In this document: piece after piece, positions 49,401 to 61,150 of the stretch
How the letters are laid out: each line of letters starts with the position of its first letter
How positions within the stretch are numbered: the first letter of the stretch is position 1
Assembly: GCF_964355755.1 (NCBI RefSeq)
Contig: NC_092672.1
Location: forward strand, 33,424,437 to 33,488,436
From: Antedon mediterranea
Taxonomy: Eukaryota > Animalia > Echinodermata
Direction: 5' to 3'
Length of the DNA stretch: 64,000 bases
Position numbers and translations under genes: made by a program
The notes under the pieces: generated by a model
What the model was told of the DNA's origin: nothing
The model's input: only the letters and a program-made list of their open reading frames with translations
Database searches by the model: none

Positions 49401-49551
49401 ATTACGTTTCTTTTAGAAATAAAGTAAGACCTGTAAACGAAGTTACTAAAACCATGATTAGAAGAGTATTGTACTTATACTCACCACCCCACGATACTAG
49501 AGAAACAATCATTACTGATGTTAAATGTGTCAGACCGAATGCCGTGTGCAT
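27907..49551 (-). CDS. Adhesion GPCR paralog B, complete (signal peptide, 3 CUB, S/T stalk, GAIN/GPS, 7TM), 1022 aa
   Basis: Exons 49485-49551, 48780-49145, 41962-42321, 41093-41443, 40532-40645, 40163-40200, 39465-39611, 35900-36218, 35080-35252, 34109-34264, 33842-33957, 33317-33582, 28706-28772, 27907-28435; 3069 nt, GT-AG, in frame. Family-B motifs LLHYFLL..WTSVEA, LLGLTWVFG, FNSFQG. Confidence 0.92.
28495..28620. repeat. ~18-bp minisatellite (gaccaattgtcacataaa), about 6 degenerate copies
   Basis: Recurring caattgtca/aattgtca core. Confidence 0.6.
28706..28772 (-). CDS. Gene B exon: end of TM4 and ECL2
   Basis: GLPCIPPIVLLTIDVSFYENKD; phase 1 in and phase 2 out fit both neighbours. Confidence 0.85.
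28895..29605. repeat. 76-bp tandem repeat, ~8-9 copies, built from gaaaggacaaacgc subunits
   Basis: actcaaacgc recurs every 76 bp from ~29008 to ~29539. Confidence 0.95.
29945..32241 (+). CDS. Harbinger accessory Myb/SANT-like MADF DNA-binding protein with C-terminal BESS-like motif, 233 aa
   Basis: Exons 29945-30098, 30721-30905, 31879-32241; LIDLFEENPCLWD...YHNK, KRKWNNIRSQYRRE, KSGSG, WRFMDRLVFL; C-terminal YANYIVDELKAI...KHKINCLLFEAQ. Confidence 0.9.
30981..33172 (-). CDS. Harbinger (HARBI1-like, DDE_Tnp_4) transposase, 422 aa
   Basis: Exons 32842-33172, 32278-32393, 30981-31802; FLRMDKATFDEL, RLAVTLRFLATG; catalytic GALDGKH, VADEAF, IVENAFG intact. Confidence 0.95.
33317..33582 (-). 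CDS. Gene B exon: TM2-TM4
   Basis: TLRKRQPQKILLNLSISL...CTTIAVLLHYFLLTSVAWTSVEAVNMY...AWG. Confidence 0.92.
33842..33957 (-). CDS. Gene B exon: TM1
   Basis: FLNIVTYVGCGVSIFCLLVTIV. Confidence 0.88.
34109..34264 (-). CDS. Gene B exon: GPS motif
   Basis: [19 protein letters not shown]...CNCTHLTNLAVLF. Confidence 0.92.
34401..34935. mobile_element. Degraded MITE specific to the gene B intron
   Basis: Ends tgttttcca/tggaaaaca; internal ttcgcgcgaac repeats; absent from gene A intron 890-1118. Confidence 0.55.
35080..39611 (-). CDS. Gene B GAIN-domain exons (35080-35252, 35900-36218, 39465-39611)
   Basis: Same phases as the gene A exons; 173-bp and 319-bp exons have identical lengths. Confidence 0.88.
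36859..38603. mobile_element. Foldback/MULE-like element with long tandem-repeat TIRs (ggacaactacccc)n
   Basis: Inverted arrays ~36866-37110 and ~38330-38600; 9-bp TSD ttagacaat. Confidence 0.8.
37188..37656. mobile_element. MULE-like MITE with internal ~20-bp minisatellite (gggtctcccttttcgtata)
   Basis: TIR gggtgtttcgaaactagagaccc; 9-bp TSD gtttttaac at 37179-37187 and 37657-37665. Confidence 0.85.
40532..40645 (-). CDS. Gene B exon: S/T stalk
   Basis: Paralogous to 3923-4081; phase 1-1. Confidence 0.85.
41093..41443 (-). CDS. Gene B exon: CUB domain 3
   Basis: LASPGYPHYYENN...KGFLAKVYVYSE. Confidence 0.87.
41962..42321 (-). CDS. Gene B exon: CUB domain 2
   Basis: ISSPGYPYCYENN...FHDFELEYYDNVFIY...CKRGFLAEV. 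Confidence 0.87.
44275..45522 (+). mobile_element. Complete non-autonomous Helitron-like element, 1248 bp
   Basis: 5' TC(TATATATAAA); 13-bp terminal hairpin ctagatggtacgc/gcgtaccatctag ending in CTAG; no TSD; removal restores LINE frame SETWLNDNKQYPFLNNYTFF. Confidence 0.85.
45570..46680 (+). mobile_element. Second LINE RT fragment (CR1/Jockey-like)
   Basis: VPQGSLLGPLLF, QYADD (45734-45979); LYKSLCRPILEYGAPVWFP (46215-46514). Confidence 0.8.
48780..49145 (-). CDS. Gene B exon: CUB domain 1
   Basis: VSSPGYPYCYEN...FHDFELDGYDDVRIF...CKRGFLAEV. Confidence 0.87.
49485..49551 (-). CDS. Gene B first coding exon: signal peptide
   Basis: MHTAFGLTHLTSVMIVSLVSWG; gtgagt donor, phase 1. Confidence 0.8.
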
Positions 49552-49889
49552 TGTGGCGCTGAGGAGAATAGATCGTAGTTAAAAGTATTGCGAGTACAGA
49601 GTTAACACATATATAACCACAGAGTATGTAAGTATCAAGGTAGGCCTACGTATGTTGTCCAACACACCTAGAAGTCAACTTGTTGATTTGATTAATTACA
49701 AAACTCAACTGGTTTTGTATAACCATGAATAACCTATAATTATAGTTTGTTGTTTCTTTGAATGCAAACAATTAAACATTTACATGTAAATTTGCTTAAT
49801 ATCGATTTCATTGGAGTTTTTTCTTTGCCTAAAAACACAAACCATAATGAATTTTAATATATAAACAAATTATTTTTTGATCTATATCT

Positions 49890-50210
49890 TTAAAGATGTA
49901 TTGTCCCCCAAAAACATGAACAATTAAGATTAATAATAAAAGAATTTTAATAGATCATTTCGCAGCTTTCGTAAAGGTAATCACTTAAGTAGAAAAAAAC
50001 TACAAATAATCAAATTTTCACGTATAAAACGACAAAATAAATTAAACCAAAAACCCATTGACTTTCAGGTAAATAATTTTTTTGATCCAATTTTTGGTCA
50101 AAGTGAATAACTAGGCCTATGTAACATTAACATGCCATATTCAACAAAAACATTAAACACATTTTTTTTTTAGGCGACGTTCTATAAACAGATAGAAATA
50201 TATCTTTAAA
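49890..50210. mobile_element. Kolobok-like MITE, reverse orientation, one end degraded
   Basis: ttaaagatgtattgtccccc start; body is the reverse complement of 51730-52075. Confidence 0.65.
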
Positions 50211-51729
50211 GAGTATATTCCATTTTTATCGTAAAATATAAACCCAGAATCCTTTATAAGCTATACCATACTAATTTATTTATGTTACAAATGTTTTAAT
50301 GTTGTAGTACGATGCAAAAGTATTCTGTTTTTATTATTAAATGGGTATTGGTGCATTAGATCTGTTCATGCTCTGGAGACCTTAGCTCTGAGGTTCTTAG
50401 AAAGTGAGCGTTCATAACGGCGTTAAACTATTGTTTCCCCGATATACAAGAATCTGAATTGCTCGTTTCTTCCTTTTCGTTTGCATGTTAAAGTGTAATA
50501 CAGTTTTTGCTGGTATTTAAAATAAACACAATGTAATATTATACAAACGATGAATGTGTGAGTTGAATAGGAAGAATATGCACAAGTCATATTTATCGGT
50601 CTGAACAAAGTTTATAGAGTCAATAACGTTCCCATGAATATGTAAATCAATATTTATTTATTTGTGTGCGACAGAAAAGGCAAATTTACAATTAGCAGCT
50701 AATTTACAATTAGCTTTGTAAGCCAAGTTATTCAACTATATCCTACTCGGCACGGTAACAGATTGTCTGAAACTGAGGGCGGTATATTAGTAAATCTTTA
50801 CGTGTGTGGTTGATACGTATTTTGTTGTCATATTTATTGGTCTGAACAACAAAGTTTATAGAGTCAATAACGTTTCCTTGAATTTGTAAATCAATATTTA
50901 ATTGTTTGCGTTAGAAAAGGAAGTTCATCTTTTCCACTTATATTCCAAGTTTCCTGGACGTTCTGCATTCTCACTCGTGAGGACGATCAAAACATATTTA
51001 TAGAAACCTCGAGAAAATCAACAGTTCTTTTCAAAACTAACATACGTGGTGTACCAAAACTTATATCAACGGCATAAATTAAGATATTGAGGGAGCTATG
51101 AAAACTGATAAAATATGTTAAGTCAACGCCACTCTCTCAAAGACTGCTCAATGGCTAGTTGAGGTAATGGATCCGGGTTCGAAACCTATCGTTGAATTCT
51201 TTTCGAAAGATTATTTAGAAGATTAGATTAGAAGATATGTGTAGGCCTAGTCATTATAGTAAATGAACATATTTTGATCATTCAATCAAGTTATTTCGAA
51301 CCTACGGACGCCTCTGGCTTCATGTTTGGAAACGACTTCTGCGTTTCATATTTTTAGTGTCACTACTGTACTGTTTGGTGTGTATACATAAACGCACTTC
51401 CGGCCTACGTCACTGGTGCTATTGATTACCTTGTTATTGTTGATGGACAACCAGGCGCTTCTTAATCAATAGCAATTTTAACGTTGTAATCTTATCCGAA
51501 AACAGTAATTGTGAAACACTCAAAGGCAATATGATACATTCCATACTTACTAGTATACATAATTGTTATACATATTTGTCAATTAGTAAGGAAAAGTATT
51601 GATTGAAATTTATTGAAAAAAAAATCACTGACATTGTTGTGCACATAAAAACTATTAATTGTTCATACTTTTAAATTGCGATGATAACCATACTATAATG
51701 CAGCAAATGTTGCGCCCACAGGCTTTTAA

Positions 51730-52075
51730 AGATGTATTGTCCCCCTGAAAAAATAATTCTTAAAAACATTTTTTTTTAATATTTCATTTTAATGTAACAT
51801 AATAGTTATCCACTTTGACAAAAAATTGGATCAAAACAAAATGTATTTACCTGAAAAAAATGTAATTTAAAGCAAAAAATGATCAAATTGGCTGCCAGCC
51901 AATGGATTTTTGGTTGAATTTTACCATTTATCTTGTCATTTTATAAGTAAAAACATGATTTTTTTTCGGTTTTTTTCAATTGAAGTGATTAACTTGATTA
52001 AAACTACAAAATACATATTCAAAGTCTTATTTAATAAATCTTAATTTTTCATGTTTTTTGGGGGACAATACATCT
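51730..52075. mobile_element. Kolobok-like MITE (TTAA TSD)
   Basis: ttaa|agatgtattgtccccc...gggggacaatacatct|ttaa; further degraded copies at ~57920-58160 and ~59180-59430. Confidence 0.8.
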
Positions 52076-52239
52076 TTAAACTTTGCGATGGACTAGAATG
52101 GAAAATGTTAGAATTATTGTCTATTTTTATTATGTTGGTCGATTTTTGTATGGAAACTACCAGTTGAGTTTTTGAAATTAATTAGTATACGTATGAAACG
52201 CCATATGTGCAAAAAATGTATGTTTTTACTAATAAAAAT

Positions 52240-52505
52240 CAAAACACTTCATCATTATCATCATCAACATCGTCGTCGTCGTCATCATCATCATCCTTTT
52301 CCTCTCCTCCTCCTCTTCCTCCTCCTCCTCATCATCATTATCATCCTCCTCCTCATCACCATCATCATCATCATCATCATCACTACCACCAGCAGCAGCA
52401 TCCTCATAATTATTATTATTATCATCACCATCATCATCATTATCATCATCATCACCGTCATAATCATCGTCAACATCATCGTCATCATCACTATGGTCAT
52501 CATAT
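52240..52505. repeat. Compound trinucleotide microsatellite (CAT/CCT/CGT/TAT)n
   Basis: Directly visible low-complexity triplet runs. Confidence 0.95.
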
Positions 52506-53833
52506 ACCGGATGTCGTTTCTTCTGTCATACTGTACGCTTGTCAATGGGTAATTAATATTATCGTCTTCTTCATTTGGTTAATTATTGTTAATATTTGTA
52601 CTTTCCCACTTGAATCAACGCGAACCCAAATTAGTAAATGGAATAATGGCCCTAATGACGGTTAAACTAACTGCGAAACTATAATGTAAATATAATGAAA
52701 ACACATAACACACACAACGTGAGGTCACCATGACATGTCGATGAAACTAAGATAAATATATAAGAAACGCATCCATCGCGTGTGATATCATGCTATCAGA
52801 TGTAATTGTATAAGTATTTAAATTTGTATCCGTTTTTGTCGACAGGACCACAATGCAAAACAAGTATATTTCTACTTGATTGTGTTTAATCCTGTATAAA
52901 TATATTGTTAATTAAATAAATAAATAAATAAATAAAATGAATCACTTCAACAAATTTGTTGAGCGGCAAGGGATATCGTCGTTTACTGCATAAAATGGCG
53001 TAAAACAGTTATTAAATTAGGACTTTAATACTAAAATATATACGCGCGGATCACCTCAATAAAAAAAAATTAAAGAGCATTAAAGTAGCAAATAAAAGTA
53101 AGCGTTTGCTTGTGACAAAGAAAGTTCGCTCGAATAATCTTCAACACGGATGATATTCAAACTTTTATCGAATTTGTGTATTTCATGGAACGACGGTACG
53201 AGTTTGCATTCACTCACACATTAACAACGAACGAAACACATAATGTGATTGCAAATATTTACAATGATTTATCTGCTGGTTCATTTCTAGAGACTGCTAT
53301 AATGTTACAGTACATTGTGTGAATGAACTTTAAAAATATTGATTTAACCTTTGAACTCTATTAAAGGGGAATATTAAAAGTAAATATTATAAACATTATG
53401 TGCGTAATTCCAATAATAGGGCGGACGCTAGGTATACATGGTACGCGTATTAATTACATCACGCTAGTGTTATTCTATGGTAAGGTGTTCGTTTCGATAA
53501 GATTCGATGTAAGTTGAAAGGCCAGACAATGTCAATGAAATTAAGAAATTTCCGCGACTTCACTTTTATGTGTTTTAATTCATATCCATATAGGCCTAGA
53601 TACAACATATAATAAACACAAACAGTTTTTAAGGAATACTATTTTGCAAACACAATGACAACATAACACATTGCCTTACAAATTACACTAAATACTCTTG
53701 ATACATAATTGCAATCTTTGTTTGCCGCCAGAAATTCCTTATAGTCTAATTTCATGAAGTATACATTCTAATGAGTTAACAGAGTAACAAGTTTTATAAT
53801 GAATACACATACCTACATGAATATACTGATTAA

Positions 53834-54387
53834 AGATGTATTGTCCCTTTGACTAATTCCCCCCACCCCAAAAAAATTTTTTTTTTAATTTCGAAAAAAA
53901 GTGGGTCATTTTGAAGTATCATAATAGTTATTAACTTTCACCAAAGATTAGTCAAAAAAAATAATAATTTAACCGAAATACAGATGGTTTTTTTGTTCAA
54001 AGAGTAACTTTGACTTCCAGTCAAAGTTTTCAATCAAAACATATCCCATAATGCAATGCGCTTGTTTGGCTACTCTGTATGCATAATCATAAAACTTCCT
54101 CGCGATCTGTGTGAAAACACCTTCTCAACCGTGATGAGTTGTAAACAATCCTAATTAGCATCATGCATAATGCATACTCATGGTTTGAAATCTTTGTTTA
54201 CTTTCGCTTGCGACGATTTCTCAGATGAAATGTAATCTAATTAATTTACCTGTTAATTACGTAAACTGTTGTTTTTGGCTCAAATTTTCGACTTAAAGTG
54301 AATAACTTTAATATTACTTTGATATGGCCAATTTAAATTTAGAATATTTTTTTTTGCATTTTTTGTGTTTCAAGGGACAATACATCT
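53834..54387. mobile_element. Kolobok-like MITE, different internal subfamily
   Basis: ttaa|agatgtattgtcccttt...aagggacaatacatct|ttaa. Confidence 0.78.
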
Positions 54388-54842
54388 TTAAACTTCAGTA
54401 ATGGTCATAGAGAAAACATGAATGCGTTTATACAAAGTACATCGACGCGTTTTGTGGAGGACAATGACGCGTTTAACTGAGAAGATCTACACCTGAGGCA
54501 ACAATTGGATTTACAGAAAATAATTCACACATTCAATACCTATTTTAGTACTGGACAGAAATGCTGAATAAACTTCAAATGTCTATTTACGAATGACAAC
54601 ACGCGAAAATATTAATACGTTTATACAAAGCACATTGACGCGTTTCGTGGAGAATAATGACGCATTTGTTTTGAGAAAATCTACGCCACGCCTATATATA
54701 TACTGGAAAGACGTATTGTCGGTTATCTTATCTATTTCATTCATTATTGCCAGTATGTGGTTGGAGTTCGTTTTAAAATACATTGGCTAATAGAAATTGG
54801 CCCATGAAATAATAATGGTGGTGTTGGAACTATTTTTACTAA

Positions 54843-55007
54843 AGCGTGGTTCCCGCTAGCGACGCAACGCAAGGACGTAAAGCAACGCAAGTGAATTGAC
54901 CAATCACAAGCGATGGCTTATTCGCTTGTGATTGCTAACTGTCTATAACTTCGCTTGTCATTGGTTAAAAGGCTTGCGTTGCGTTACGTTCTAGTGGGAA
55001 CCACGCT
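54843..55007. mobile_element. Harbinger-like MITE
   Basis: TIR agcgtggttccc(g/a)ctag flanked by taa/tta; related copies at ~56915-57235 and ~63925-64000. Confidence 0.75.
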
Positions 55008-55406
55008 TTAGACACAATAGTTTTGTGTTTATGTCTACATTCGATCTCAGAACAAGTCAATGGTCTTGGAAGAACACAACTAATACAATCAGCATTATGT
55101 TATATAGCATCAACGGTGAATTAATCTTATTCGAATTTGGCGTAGTTGCATGGTTGATTCTGCATTGAAAAGTCACTATCAATCAATCTTCCTGTCTTGT
55201 CTATATGATTCGTATGTGTATGCACTTTGTGTAGAATGTACGATAATTATTGGTTGTATTTTAGATTTAGAAAATTTAAAATTAAAATAGTATAGTCTAG
55301 TTTGAAATCCTTAGTGCACTGTCACAGTTCCGTCCCAGTGTTTTCGCCGACCGTTGGCCTTTTGGGCGTGTCATACTATTTAGATGTGGCACCTGATTAG
55401 GAATGC

Positions 55407-56630
55407 CTATTGTCGAATTGATGACTGTGCCGAAATGCTGACGTCTGATTTCAAACCTTTTTGTCTTGTTAGTTTGGCCCTGTTGTTGTCTTCATTCCAC
55501 CTGCAAAAGATAATCCTGATAAAAGTCTGTCGAAACTGCTCGTTCGTGACGGCGTATAAAATCGGATTTATTCCCGAGTTAAACCATAGTAAGTAGTTGA
55601 CACATTCCCAAACAAAATCACTAATTTCTACGCTATCGATCATGATAAATATGTTGTACGGCGTCCAACAGATTACAAAAACGGTTACCAGAACAGCTAA
55701 CATAATGGCAGCTTTTCGCGTCTGTGAGCCGCGTTTAGACGCCTGGAAACGACGGAACGAATCTTGTTTTACCAGGTCTTTACCGCCTGTTTTAGTATCA
55801 GATGTCTCATCCTTTCCGGTTGTATTTTCTTGTGTCTTATATTGATCATTTTGTTTCTTTGTTTTCTTTACGTTTATTCCGCGTCGAAGGTTCTTTCCGG
55901 ATGACCAGTTTATTATCTCAATGTAGACATTAATATTCAGGAAAAGTAACACAGTAAACGGAAAAGCAAACTCTAGTGCAATTGACAATGAGCCAAAGAT
56001 AACATTGTCAACACCTTCCACTTCACAATCCTCAGCGTAGTCAATAGTGCTCTCACCAGTAATCATCTCCCAAAAGAAAATGCTTACTCCGTAAAACGCA
56101 ACGATGAATAGCACGACGCTAATTGATAAGATAAACGCTCTTCGGTGCGTCATAAACGCATTGTACTTCAAATGTTTCTTTACCATCCAATAACGATCTA
56201 AGCTGAGCAGGATGATGCACGCAGATGAAACTGCACAGGCAGTGAAATCGAAAAATAAGTAGGCTTTACAGAGAGTTTTACCAAATGGCCAGTAACCATA
56301 CTGCACCCATATATTGTTAGGCGGTAACGATATCGTCCCTACCGTCAAATCTGCGAATGAAAGCGTCAGAATGAACACGTTTGCTGGTTTTGAACGAATG
56401 TTTTTGTTGATGACGAATGACATTAACACTAGACAATTGCCGTAGATAGTCACTGAGGTCAAAGTCCATACAGTGATTAATCCAAAAATAAAGAACCAGT
56501 CGTTTTCAGAATCAGCGTAGCATTCGGACATTGACGATGAAACAGATTTGAGGTCACTGTTGTTATAATCACAGAGAACAGTATCGCTTCCATAAAAGCT
56601 CACTGTATCTACGTCATCGTTCGAACCCAT
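55407..56630 (-). CDS. Class A aminergic GPCR, histamine H3/H4-receptor-like, 407 aa, single coding exon
   Basis: GN (TM1), LSFADL (TM2), WPFG..C, TM3 Asp3.32 (FDF), DRY, TM5 LEFAFPF (Glu5.46 as in H3/H4), CWTPY, LLWFNSGINPILY; splice acceptor just upstream of the ATG. Confidence 0.9.
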   Translation of the reverse strand: MGSNDDVDTVSFYGSDTVLCDYNNSDLKSVSSSMSECYADSENDWFFIFGLITVWTLTSVTIYGNCLVLMSFVINKNIRSKPANVFILTLSFADLTVGTISLPPNNIWVQYGYWPFGKTLCKAYLFFDFTACAVSSACIILLSLDRYWMVKKHLKYNAFMTHRRAFILSISVVLFIVAFYGVSIFFWEMITGESTIDYAEDCEVEGVDNVIFGSLSIALEFAFPFTVLLFLNINVYIEIINWSSGKNLRRGINVKKTKKQNDQYKTQENTTGKDETSDTKTGGKDLVKQDSFRRFQASKRGSQTRKAAIMLAVLVTVFVICWTPYNIFIMIDSVEISDFVWECVNYLLWFNSGINPILYAVTNEQFRQTFIRIIFCRWNEDNNRAKLTRQKGLKSDVSISAQSSIRQ

Positions 56631-59600
56631 TATTAATTATCTGGTACCTATTAAAATACAAGTATGAAAATAACGAATGTTAAATTATTTTTTATTTATT
56701 CTTTAATAGTAAACAATATAATGAAAACATTATAAATATGTCATTCGTAGTAAAAACATTTTTTTATACTTTATCCCGTTTATACAAATTCGAAAACTTG
56801 TTTCTGGTAATGATAAACAGTAAAAACATAAACTGACATTAAAACAAATAGAAACTCATGTTTTTTTGCAGTAAAAATGTAGTTACTGCAGTACGTACAT
56901 GTAGTAGAATAATTTAGATTGCAACGACGTGAGAACGACCCACACACAAGTTAACCAATGACAACTGACCCGACAGTTTGAATAATCTATCCCGACAGTT
57001 TGAATAATCTATCGTGCTTGTAATTGGTCAAATTGCTTGTGTTGCTAGCTCTAGTCGGGGTTCCAGACGGAGTTTTGTCTTAATATTAGTAAAAAGATAA
57101 ATATTTTGGCACATATGGCGTTTCATACGTATACTATATTTTCTGTATTTTCAGACAAAAATCGAAATAAAAACAAGTAAATAAAAAACAAAAGTCAATA
57201 ACGTTCGTGTGTTGTATTCTAGTTGGAACCAACCAAGCTTGACTATGAGAAAGACAATTAGCTTGAAATAAGTGATATTTTACCTCAAATATAAAGTGTT
57301 CCTGCACTATCTATACGTTCAACAACCTATTTGCGGTATTCAATTACACGAGAGATAGCTGCAAACATTTACCAGCAATTAAGTGCATGTTAATATTACA
57401 TACCAATTTAGTTAAGTACATTGATTTTGCGAGGAGACAGCTTTCATCAAATTGCCTTAAGAAGAGATATCGCTTCGTTAATGAGGTTTGAAAATTGTTT
57501 TTATCAAACTGGAACTGGAAGTATATTTTATTGTGATGATTTTCCCGTCACATTTGTAAATCTGCATTCATGTTCCTTTTAAATTCACGGTTTCCATTCC
57601 GTGAAACAGAACATGTACGAATGTAGTTTTACCAATATATATAGATTTCCAAATAAAGCTCACGTTCACACTGAGCCAGCCCGGATTCATTCGGATGACC
57701 GAAGAAACTCGGTTAAGATTTGTACAGTGGCCGTACAAAACTTGTTGTGTAAATGAATGAATGTTTTTTTTTTAAATAAATAATTAATGTATCAATTAAA
57801 GCACAGTTTAAATAGCGTTTGTTGACTTTAATATCCACATTTACCACTATAATCCGGGTTGATTAATTTTTCGCAGAATTTCAGATATTATTTGAAATTT
57901 GTTATGAAAGGTATAAAAAAGAAGATTAATTAAATCAGACTTTGAATAGGTTATTTTGTAGTTTTAATAAAGTTAATCCCTTCTGTAAAAAAAAACAACA
58001 ATGTTTTCTCATATAAAATGACAAAATGAACTGTAAAATTTAACCAAAAACTCATGGCTAGCAGGCAATTTGACTGTTTTTTACTTTAAATTACATTTTC
58101 TTTCAGGTAAATATATTTTTTTCGATTCAATTTTTATTCAAAGATGATAATACATCTGTAATGCATTTTAATATTGAATTAAATTGATGAATTGATGACA
58201 TGTTGGGGAATTAGAACATTTTATTTTTCTTATTGATAATACGTCATTTTGATTGTATTATTTTAGTTTTCTGTAGGAAAAATGTACTAATAGTTATCTA
58301 TGCATCGTCCTTCGTTGTCGTTCTAAAGTAGACTGAATCAAACGTGTACTGTTTATTCCATAATATTGTTTCATCGAACGTTGAAATGCATAGAAGATAA
58401 TGAATATGAATAAATACGTTTTAATAAACATTATTGATCGGCAACGTTGTAGTGGAAATTTATGACCATTTTATTGTACCTTTGTTTGATATTTTTATTA
58501 CCTTCTGTGGTTAGTATATTGATTCTAAGTAAAGCTACTGTAATCTATTTATGTCGTTTTTAATTGAGAGTTTTATTTAACATGATATTGTACTGTATTG
58601 TTCGTTTGGCTTTTAGCTGTTCATTACCAGATTATGTTGCTGTTGGTCACCTCGCCTGTGGGAATTTATCCGTGTGTTTGCCTATTGAACGCCTAGATTG
58701 CCTAGCACACATAATTCTTGTACCATTCGCCTGTGCATTTATCATTAGCTGCGCCGAATAATATGATAGGGTTGTCTAATGAATAATGTGCATCTTAATG
58801 TTAAGCAGACTACTGAAGTCTTTCCATATATTATATCTTGTTCCATATATTATAGATAGTAAATAATATGTTCGATTTCTATAGCAACGCGACCACCGCA
58901 CTCCATTATATGTTGATACCGTTCTATAAAGAGCTACTATCTACATAAACGCATACTGTGCCTTTGGTCATCGCATGGACATAGAATCTGCCAAAACTGG
59001 GGGTCAATGACTCGAGAAAGCACAAAGACGTCACAAATCGCGATAGCTTTATGGGGCCAACCGCACAATGGACAACGAATGTGTATAGTTATTGTTGACT
59101 ACTACTAATAATGTACAATCGCCATACATACCGTATTATCTTATTACTTTATAATATAATATAGTAGGCCAGGCCTGTAACGATTTATTGTCTCCCCAAA
59201 AAATGAAAAAAAAAATAATGTTTTCACTTATAAAATTACAAAATAATGGTTAAATTCAACCAAAATTCCATTGGCTGGCAGCCAATTTTACTATTTTTTG
59301 CTTAAAATTACAATTTTTGCAGGTAAATAATTTTTTTGTCGATCTAATTTTTTTCTAAGTGGATAACTATTATGTGACATTAAAATGGAATATTCAACAA
59401 CAAGATTAAAAATTTTTCAAAGGGACAATAAATTATATGATTTGTCCATGAGTATGAAAACAAAGTGTCACCTAATCATGTGATTATGTATTCCATAATA
59501 ATTAGTTATAATAAAATATAAATAATAATAATAAAAAAGTTATAAAACCACCGAAACAGAATCAGTATTAGCGCTGTTAAGTATTATGTTTATTCAAGAT

Positions 59601-59927
59601 GTGTCACAAGTGTTCACATTGACACCGTCGCCAGGAGAGGAGACTCGATGGCAACATTTTAAAATGTTGACCTTTGCAATACGTTTTGTATGTTTTAAAT
59701 CTTTGAAATATAGATTTGAATTTGAATATTGTATTTTATTATTCATCGAATTAGGAGGATTAATCAAAGTTATTAAATATTAATTGACTAAACACTATAT
59801 TAATTTTCACATAAGCAAATAATGAGTGGTTCCATCATTATTTCACACAAGCACACTATTTTACCCTCTTACCAGTGTGAATGTAATTCCCTCATTGCGT
59901 GTGTCACGCGTCTAATGTTCGTGCGGA

Positions 59928-61150
59928 ACACTAGAGCTTTCGGCGGATCTAACTGCCACGAGTAACACTTGACTTACAGTGTGCGCCGGGGAATTCGTGA
60001 GGAATAAGCCACGCGTGCCGCTGAGGAAAATATCTATCATGTTTAATATTTTGTTGGGCACGCGTGCAATTTACCTCAAGTGTGCGCCAAACGTGAGCAG
60101 ATAGCTCACTAAATAATTCCACTGCGCATGACATATTCTGATTTATTATATGTCAGCGCGTGTCGTATACCGTAGTAAGTGATTATCCAATCAGAAAATC
60201 GCGTACTGAAGGCGTTTAGTGTGCGTACGATAGAACGCGATCACAGTTTGCGGCAATTTTTTTAGTGAGCCAAGTGTTACTCGTCTAGTGCCAGTTGGCT
60301 CAGCCGAAAGCTCGATTGTGCGCCGGGCTTAAAGCCCGGCGCACACTAGAGCTTTCGGCTGAGCCAACTGGCACGAGTAACACTTGCCTCACAGTGTGCG
60401 CCGGGGATTTCGTGAGGAATCGGCCACGCGTGCCGCTGAGGAAAATATCTATCGTGTTTAATATTTTTTGGCACGCGTGCCATTTTCCTCAAGTGTGCGC
60501 CGAACGTGAGCTTCCTGCTCACTAAAAAATTCCACTGCGCATGACATGTTCTGATTTATTATGATATTTCAGCGCGTGCTGTATAGCGTAGTAAGTAATT
60601 ATCCAATCAGAAAATCGCGTACTGAAGGCGTTTAGTGTGCGTCCGATAGAACGCGAACATAGTTTGCGGCAAATTTGTTACTGAGCCAAGTGTTACTCGT
60701 GCCAGTTGGCTCAGCCGAAAGCTCTAGTGTGCGCCGGGCTTAAGCCCGGCGCACACTAGAGCTTCCGGCTGAGCCAACTGGCACGAGTAACACTTGGCTC
60801 AAAGTGTGCGCCGGGGATTTCGTGAGGAATCGGCCACGCGTGCCGCTGAGGAAAATATCTATCGTGTTTAATATTTTTTGGCACGCGTGCCATTTTCCTC
60901 AAGTGTGCGCCGAACGTGAGCTTCCTGCTCACTAAAAAATTCCACTGCGCATGACATTATCTGATTTATTATGATATTTCAGCGCGTGCTGTATAGCGTA
61001 GTAAGTAATTATCCAATCAGAGAATCGCGTACTGAAGGCGTTTAGTGTGCGTCCGATAGAACGCGAACATAGTTTGCGGCAAATTTTTTAGTGAGCCAAT
61101 TGTTACTCGTGCCAGATGGCTCAGCCGAAAGCTCCAGTGTGCGCCAGGCT
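59928..61150. mobile_element. Head-to-tail trimer of a 408-bp Harbinger-like MITE
   Basis: Units ~59928-60329, 60333-60740, 60743-61150; ~55-bp TIR agcccggcgcacactagagctttcggctgagccaactggcacgagtaacacttg; junction spacers TAA and TA. Confidence 0.85.

Noticed and set aside
52172-52665. Poly-His, poly-Ile and poly-Met ORFs
   Set aside because: Translations of a trinucleotide microsatellite in different frames; no domain or splice support
55384-55845. Plus-strand ORFs overlapping the class A GPCR
   Set aside because: Antisense shadows of the real CDS
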